Made by a program: the position numbers and the translations under genes
Shown here: positions 59,576 to 64,000 of the stretch, one piece after another
How the letters are laid out: each line of letters starts with the position of its first letter
Numbering within the stretch: position 1 is the stretch's first letter
Origin: a virus
Taxonomy: Duplodnaviria; Caudoviricetes
Direction: 5' to 3' (one strand)
DNA: 64,000 nucleotides
Virus record (IMG/VR): IMGVR_UViG_3300038312_000327
Span: 11,782-75,781 of that record
The notes under the pieces: generated by a model
What the model was told of the DNA's origin: nothing
Seen by the model: the letters and a program-made list of their open reading frames with translations, nothing else
The model's database searches: none

Positions 59576-59920
59576 TCAACGCATTTTTCGACGTGCGCTT
59601 TGTGCTACGGTGCGAATGGTTTCTGTGGCGTCGTGTTTGGGTTTGGCTTGACTTTCAGCCCATTCCAGTATCTCTTTTCGAGAAAAAACGAGCTTGTTGT
59701 TATACATTTTGTGGGGAATTTTTCCTTCGGAAGTGAGTTTGTACATTTTTCCTTTGGACGTTGGATAGCCGTTTTCGGTTAAAACCTGCAAGGCAGTTTC
59801 AAGATTTACGGTGTCAAATTCAGGCTTTTGTTCTTCTCGCTGAGTGGTCAGTCCAACGACGGCTTCTTTCACGATAAGGCGAAGTTCGTCGGGAGTAGTT
59901 ACGATAATTTTATTCATCAT
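59576..59920 (-). CDS. Excisionase/AlpA-like HTH protein
   Basis: GKMYKLTSEGKIPH...VFSRKEILEW. Confidence 0.8.
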   Translation of the reverse strand: MMNKIIVTTPDELRLIVKEAVVGLTTQREEQKPEFDTVNLETALQVLTENGYPTSKGKMYKLTSEGKIPHKMYNNKLVFSRKEILEWAESQAKPKHDATETIRTVAQSARRKMR

Positions 59921-60235
59921 TAGTTGGTTTTAATTTGTGAAACATTCAATTTGATGTCACAAAGTAAAATCATAAATAACTGAATATCAAATCGTATAAA
60001 TGGTTTACACAAATCCACTTAAAGGAATTACAGGGAATTATAAGGAAGTTTGAGGAATAAATGTAAACTAATAAAGACCAAAATCACTTTACGCTTTAAC
60101 ACTTTTGGACGCCAATCACAGCCAATCGACGCCAAACGTAAAGCAGTAAAGTTTTTTCGTTAATAATTCAAAAAACATGGTGGGATATAAGCCAAAACTA
60201 ATCGATAAAATACTGTATAAAAGGGTATAACGAGC

Positions 60236-60640
60236 TTAATTTTGTCTTAATTTTTCCAAGCTGTTCAAAACCGATGTTGCCGTGAAAGTTTTGATTTCAA
60301 TATCATGACAAAAGCCAATGGTAGCTCTGTCTATGATTTCCGCCTCAATCCACCGGTCTAATGTAGGGCGGGAAATACCTAAAAGTGCGCTCATTTCTTG
60401 TTTGGTTAGCTCTGTAAATTTGTCGGTACCCTGTTTTTCAATGTGTTTCTTCAAATTTTTGATGGCAGTCTCTATATTTTCGGACTTGGCAGTATATTTG
60501 GGCTTGCATTGTTTTATACTGACAATGGCATTCCCGATGTCAAAATCTTCAAATTCGGGCATAGATTGCAGTTCTGCCAAAATGGTGTCAAAACATTTCA
60601 AGTCTGAAAGAGGAAAAGTCTTTTTGCGGGGACGGGGCAT
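60236..60640 (-). CDS. HTH DNA-binding protein
   Basis: TKQEMSALLGISRPTLDRW. Confidence 0.65.
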   Translation of the reverse strand: MPRPRKKTFPLSDLKCFDTILAELQSMPEFEDFDIGNAIVSIKQCKPKYTAKSENIETAIKNLKKHIEKQGTDKFTELTKQEMSALLGISRPTLDRWIEAEIIDRATIGFCHDIEIKTFTATSVLNSLEKLRQN

Positions 60641-60653
60641 AACAATCTTTGTT

Positions 60654-61643
60654 TTACGGTTTTATACTCCAGTTTATGGCTGTCATTCTTTCGCGGATTT
60701 TATCCAACGTGTGCAGGACGGCATCGCTGCTTGGAAAATTGCCATAAACCAAATCTCTAAAACTACCGTTATAGGTCGTTTCCAATTGTGACCATACGTT
60801 GGCTAAATCTTTAAACATCAGTGATTGGTTTGGATGATGAACCAACCACTGGTTATTATTTCTAAAACTTTTCACATCATCGTTGGCAACTTTAAGCAAC
60901 ATAGTTTCAAAGTTGGATGAGTGAAGAAAATCGGCAAATTCTTTCTGTTGCAACAGTTGATGCAGGTCGTAAGTGTGGCGAATTTTATTTCTCAAATCAT
61001 CCATTGGTCTATCGCCATACGAAAAACGTACTAAACTCATTATCTTTTCGCAGATTGTCCTTATCGGTTCAAGAACTTGAACAGTAAATGCCTGCATATC
61101 GTACTTTTCAATAAGCTCCGGCTGTTCTGCATCGAGCATCATTTCACCTACAAAAGAATTAATGTTTTGCTTTGTAAATGGTTCGTAATAGCCAAGCCAA
61201 GTGGCTTCTAACACTATTGCATCTCGCACTTGTCCATAAGTACCCACAAATTCTTTGCTGTAGCTGTGAGCGGTTTTTCGGCTCATACCCACTTTGTGCG
61301 TCAATCCTTGTATTTCGATTTCCGGAAGCGTATCGTTTATCGCCTTTTCAACGTCTTTTAGCTTGCGTTTCAGCTTATTGTCTGTTTCTCCTTCACGCCT
61401 AATCACTACCAAATCAATGTCTTCCGAAAATCGGTTAATCATTTTGAAACACTTAGCCAGCGAAGTTCCGCCCTTGAAAATAATGTCAGCTCCAACTTCT
61501 TTGCTAAAAATTGATTTCAATGCAAATGTAACCCAATAATCTTTTTCAACATAGATTGTGGGGATATTCATTTGCTGTGCTGTGATACTGACAGCATCTC
61601 GAAACAGTTTTTTATCCGTGTGAAGTTTCATACAATATTCCAT
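60654..61643 (-). CDS. abiEii: AbiEii-type nucleotidyltransferase toxin (type IV TA)
   Basis: EKDY, FKGGTSL, RFSEDIDL, EK...RHxYD. Confidence 0.9.
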   Translation of the reverse strand: MEYCMKLHTDKKLFRDAVSITAQQMNIPTIYVEKDYWVTFALKSIFSKEVGADIIFKGGTSLAKCFKMINRFSEDIDLVVIRREGETDNKLKRKLKDVEKAINDTLPEIEIQGLTHKVGMSRKTAHSYSKEFVGTYGQVRDAIVLEATWLGYYEPFTKQNINSFVGEMMLDAEQPELIEKYDMQAFTVQVLEPIRTICEKIMSLVRFSYGDRPMDDLRNKIRHTYDLHQLLQQKEFADFLHSSNFETMLLKVANDDVKSFRNNNQWLVHHPNQSLMFKDLANVWSQLETTYNGSFRDLVYGNFPSSDAVLHTLDKIRERMTAINWSIKP

Positions 61644-62356
61644 TTTTCAACTGTTGGTAAATCTTCTTCATTTAAGCCTAAATCTATTTTTGTCAACGGG
61701 TTTATGCTATTTAATAATGGCGTGGTAATGTTTTCGGGTTTGCCCAAATTATCGAGAATTGCTCCCAGCAGTGCACGTACTCTTGGCGGATACATAAGAG
61801 CGTATTTAATCATTCGAGCTATCTCTTTTTCATCCATTTCAGCGATTTTTGCCGAAAGAATTCTTACCGAATTTTGAACGGTTGTATCCGGTATTTTCCG
61901 AATGTCTTTGAGTGCATCTAAAAAGCCCAAAACAGTATAATTGCTTTGCGTTACTTCCGCGTAACTCTTTACGGCATCGGCTTTCAACGCTTCTCGGTTT
62001 ATGCTTATCCGCTTGCTTCGGGATGCAATTTTTACGCGAACAGCCAATTGTGTGGTCAATCCCAATTGATTATACAAATAAGTTCCTGTAACGTAGGCAA
62101 TCCGCTTTCCGTTTTCAAACAAAAACGGGCGCAGTTGCTCGTTATAATCGGGTTTCAGCTCGCCAAAAGCAGTTTTTATTGGCTTATAAAATACCCCGTT
62201 GGACATTTTTTTGATTAGACCTTTGTTTTGCAGACGCTCCATTATCTTAGTAACTGACTGATAATCTTCTCTATAAATATCCAAATCGGAATAACCGAAT
62301 ATCTTACCTTCGGGAAACAACCCTATTTGTTTTTGTATTTGCGTGGATAAATTCAT
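61628..62356 (-). CDS. abiEi: AbiEi-type antitoxin/regulator
   Basis: Winged-helix N-terminus (GVFYKP), YNQLGLTTQ; overlaps toxin start. Confidence 0.82.
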   Translation of the reverse strand: MNLSTQIQKQIGLFPEGKIFGYSDLDIYREDYQSVTKIMERLQNKGLIKKMSNGVFYKPIKTAFGELKPDYNEQLRPFLFENGKRIAYVTGTYLYNQLGLTTQLAVRVKIASRSKRISINREALKADAVKSYAEVTQSNYTVLGFLDALKDIRKIPDTTVQNSVRILSAKIAEMDEKEIARMIKYALMYPPRVRALLGAILDNLGKPENITTPLLNSINPLTKIDLGLNEEDLPTVEKWNIV

Positions 62357-62360
62357 GACA

Positions 62361-62414
62361 CAAAGATAATGATTATTTTTAGACTGTCAAGTATTTTGCT
62401 CGGTTTACTTGACA
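62361..62414 (-). promoter_or_regulatory. abiE promoter (TATCTTTG, near-leaderless) and operator inverted repeat
   Basis: TGTCAAGTA-N12-TACTTGACA at 62385-62414. Confidence 0.65.
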
Positions 62415-62494
62415 ATTATTTATTTTGTAAAAATCGACTTCGAATTTAAATAGAAACTTTGTCCAGTTTTTAATGCAATAAACTGGACATTTCA

Positions 62495-63751
62495 TCACAC
62501 GCCACCCTCCATTTTTCCTGAATTGGATGGAAGTAGCAAGCTATTGAAACTCACCCGTTCCTCTTTGGTGTAACTATCAAAATAGTTTTGCGTTACTGTA
62601 CGTTTTGAGTGTCCCAATTGTTCCGCAATAAAACTTTCCGGTACTCTGAGTTTAGCCAAAATGGTAGCGTAAGAGTGGCGTGCCGTGTAGGTGCTAATGC
62701 CGTCCATCAAACCAATCTTTTTTGCAATAAGTTTGATTTTTTTATTCGTTAGACGTATCAGATTTTGAGTTTTGAGAAATCGTTCTTGTTCCGTGTAAGT
62801 ATCATTAAGAAAGGGAAATATGTAATTTTCCTTGTTGGTATTTTCATTTCCGTGTTTATCAATAATCCTCTGCATCGGCTCTAAAATTGGCACTACAATA
62901 TCCTTTTGGTCTTGAGTGGTGCTTTTCGTTTTTTGCCGGATAAAATAGATTTCGCCGTTCATAATATTTTTGTACTTAAACTTGCAAATATCATTAAAAT
63001 TCGCTCCACTGCAATAGAACGAGAACAGCCACATATCACGACATTGTTCGGCTACAACATCTTCACATTCATAAGCTTCAAGCAAATGAATATCGGACAG
63101 TTGCAAAGCCATTTCCCTACCGGAACCTGTAGGGACAATGTACTTTCCTTTGCCGAAAGGATAATTGGCATCCGTTAGATAAGGCTCTCCGTTATTGTTG
63201 ATTATTGCTCTCAAACACCTAACATACATCCCAATGGTACTTTTTCGGATTTCATTCTTTTCCATATCTTGCTGATATTCTTTCAGAAACTTAGGCGTAA
63301 TTTTTGAAAATGAGATTTTTTCTCCTGCAAACTTCTCCAAACTATTCAGCGAACATTGATAAATGATGGAGTTTGAGATTTTATCGTTTTCTTGCAACGC
63401 TTTGATTTTTGCATTGAAAGCATCATTGACGGTAAGAATGTCGGATTTGCCTAAATTATGATTGAATTGCTCAATAGAGAAATTATTATTACGCAAAAGT
63501 TCATTAATATTTTTGACCAACACGTTGTTGAAGTAAGGGATTAGCTCTTTACGCAGATCTGCCAACTTTTTGAGTTTTGAGGTAGGTAACACTTCCCATT
63601 CTTCGTCCGTTAGAAAAACACGGATTGGATAATCTGTTCTTTTGCGTTTATAATAAACTCGCCATTTCAAAGGATAAGCATTTTCTTTATTTGCCCGACG
63701 CTTGTCAATAAACAAGGAGACACTACCGTTTGTAAACTCGTATTTCAGCAT
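62495..63751 (-). CDS. Tyrosine integrase of the element (probable start MLKYEF)
   Basis: Arm-binding N-terminus, SAM-like domain, ARHSYAT, LGHS...TQNY; adjacent to att. Confidence 0.92.
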   Translation of the reverse strand: MLKYEFTNGSVSLFIDKRRANKENAYPLKWRVYYKRKRTDYPIRVFLTDEEWEVLPTSKLKKLADLRKELIPYFNNVLVKNINELLRNNNFSIEQFNHNLGKSDILTVNDAFNAKIKALQENDKISNSIIYQCSLNSLEKFAGEKISFSKITPKFLKEYQQDMEKNEIRKSTIGMYVRCLRAIINNNGEPYLTDANYPFGKGKYIVPTGSGREMALQLSDIHLLEAYECEDVVAEQCRDMWLFSFYCSGANFNDICKFKYKNIMNGEIYFIRQKTKSTTQDQKDIVVPILEPMQRIIDKHGNENTNKENYIFPFLNDTYTEQERFLKTQNLIRLTNKKIKLIAKKIGLMDGISTYTARHSYATILAKLRVPESFIAEQLGHSKRTVTQNYFDSYTKEERVSFNSLLLPSNSGKMEGGV

Positions 63752-63908
63752 ATTATTGTATTTAAAATTTGCCCACAATTTGCCCACAAAGATAACAAAC
63801 TTATTAAAATGAATACAAATAAAAACAGCAGTAATTTACTTTAACTGCTATTTATCAAGACTTTATAAATATTTAAAAAACAATAAAAACAAAAGAAACA
63901 GATAACTT

Positions 63909-63980
63909 TCTGCCTTACAAGCAGAGGGTCGGCGGTTCGAATCCGTCAACGCCCACACCTAATGATCAAGCACTTATCGA
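63909..63980 (+). repeat. attR of the element: 3' fragment of tRNA-Val(TAC)
   Basis: Anticodon arm TCTGC-CTTACAA-GCAGA, T-arm and acceptor 3' strand; D-arm and 5' strand absent. Confidence 0.92.
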
Positions 63981-64000
63981 TAATTTTCGGTGAGTGCTTT

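Overview
Bacteroidota (probably Bacteroidales) chromosomal segment made of two mobile elements integrated in tandem at a tRNA-Val(TAC) locus. (1) 1-~45160: the right-hand part of a temperate siphovirus-like prophage. Order: TerL, tape measure/tail tip, portal, MuF-toxin, scaffold, capsid, neck, tail tube, chaperones, holin/GH19 lysin/u-spanin, then a convergent early operon and the cro/cI switch. It carries several AT-rich cargo genes, an antirepressor operon with a complex RNA leader, and a class C group II intron. (2) ~45160-63960: an integrative mobilisable element with integrase, AbiE toxin-antitoxin, Xis, helicase, primase, oriT/MobC/relaxase and a type I R-M system with an invertible hsdS shufflon. 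Best candidates for something new: a self-complementary A/B/C RNA switch upstream of the antirepressor, linked by shared sequences to the early operon; an NDT-like/IF2-N fusion; a MuF-JAB toxin with a convergent putative immunity gene; and a phage-specific late promoter motif. All product calls come from motif recognition by eye; no database searches were run.
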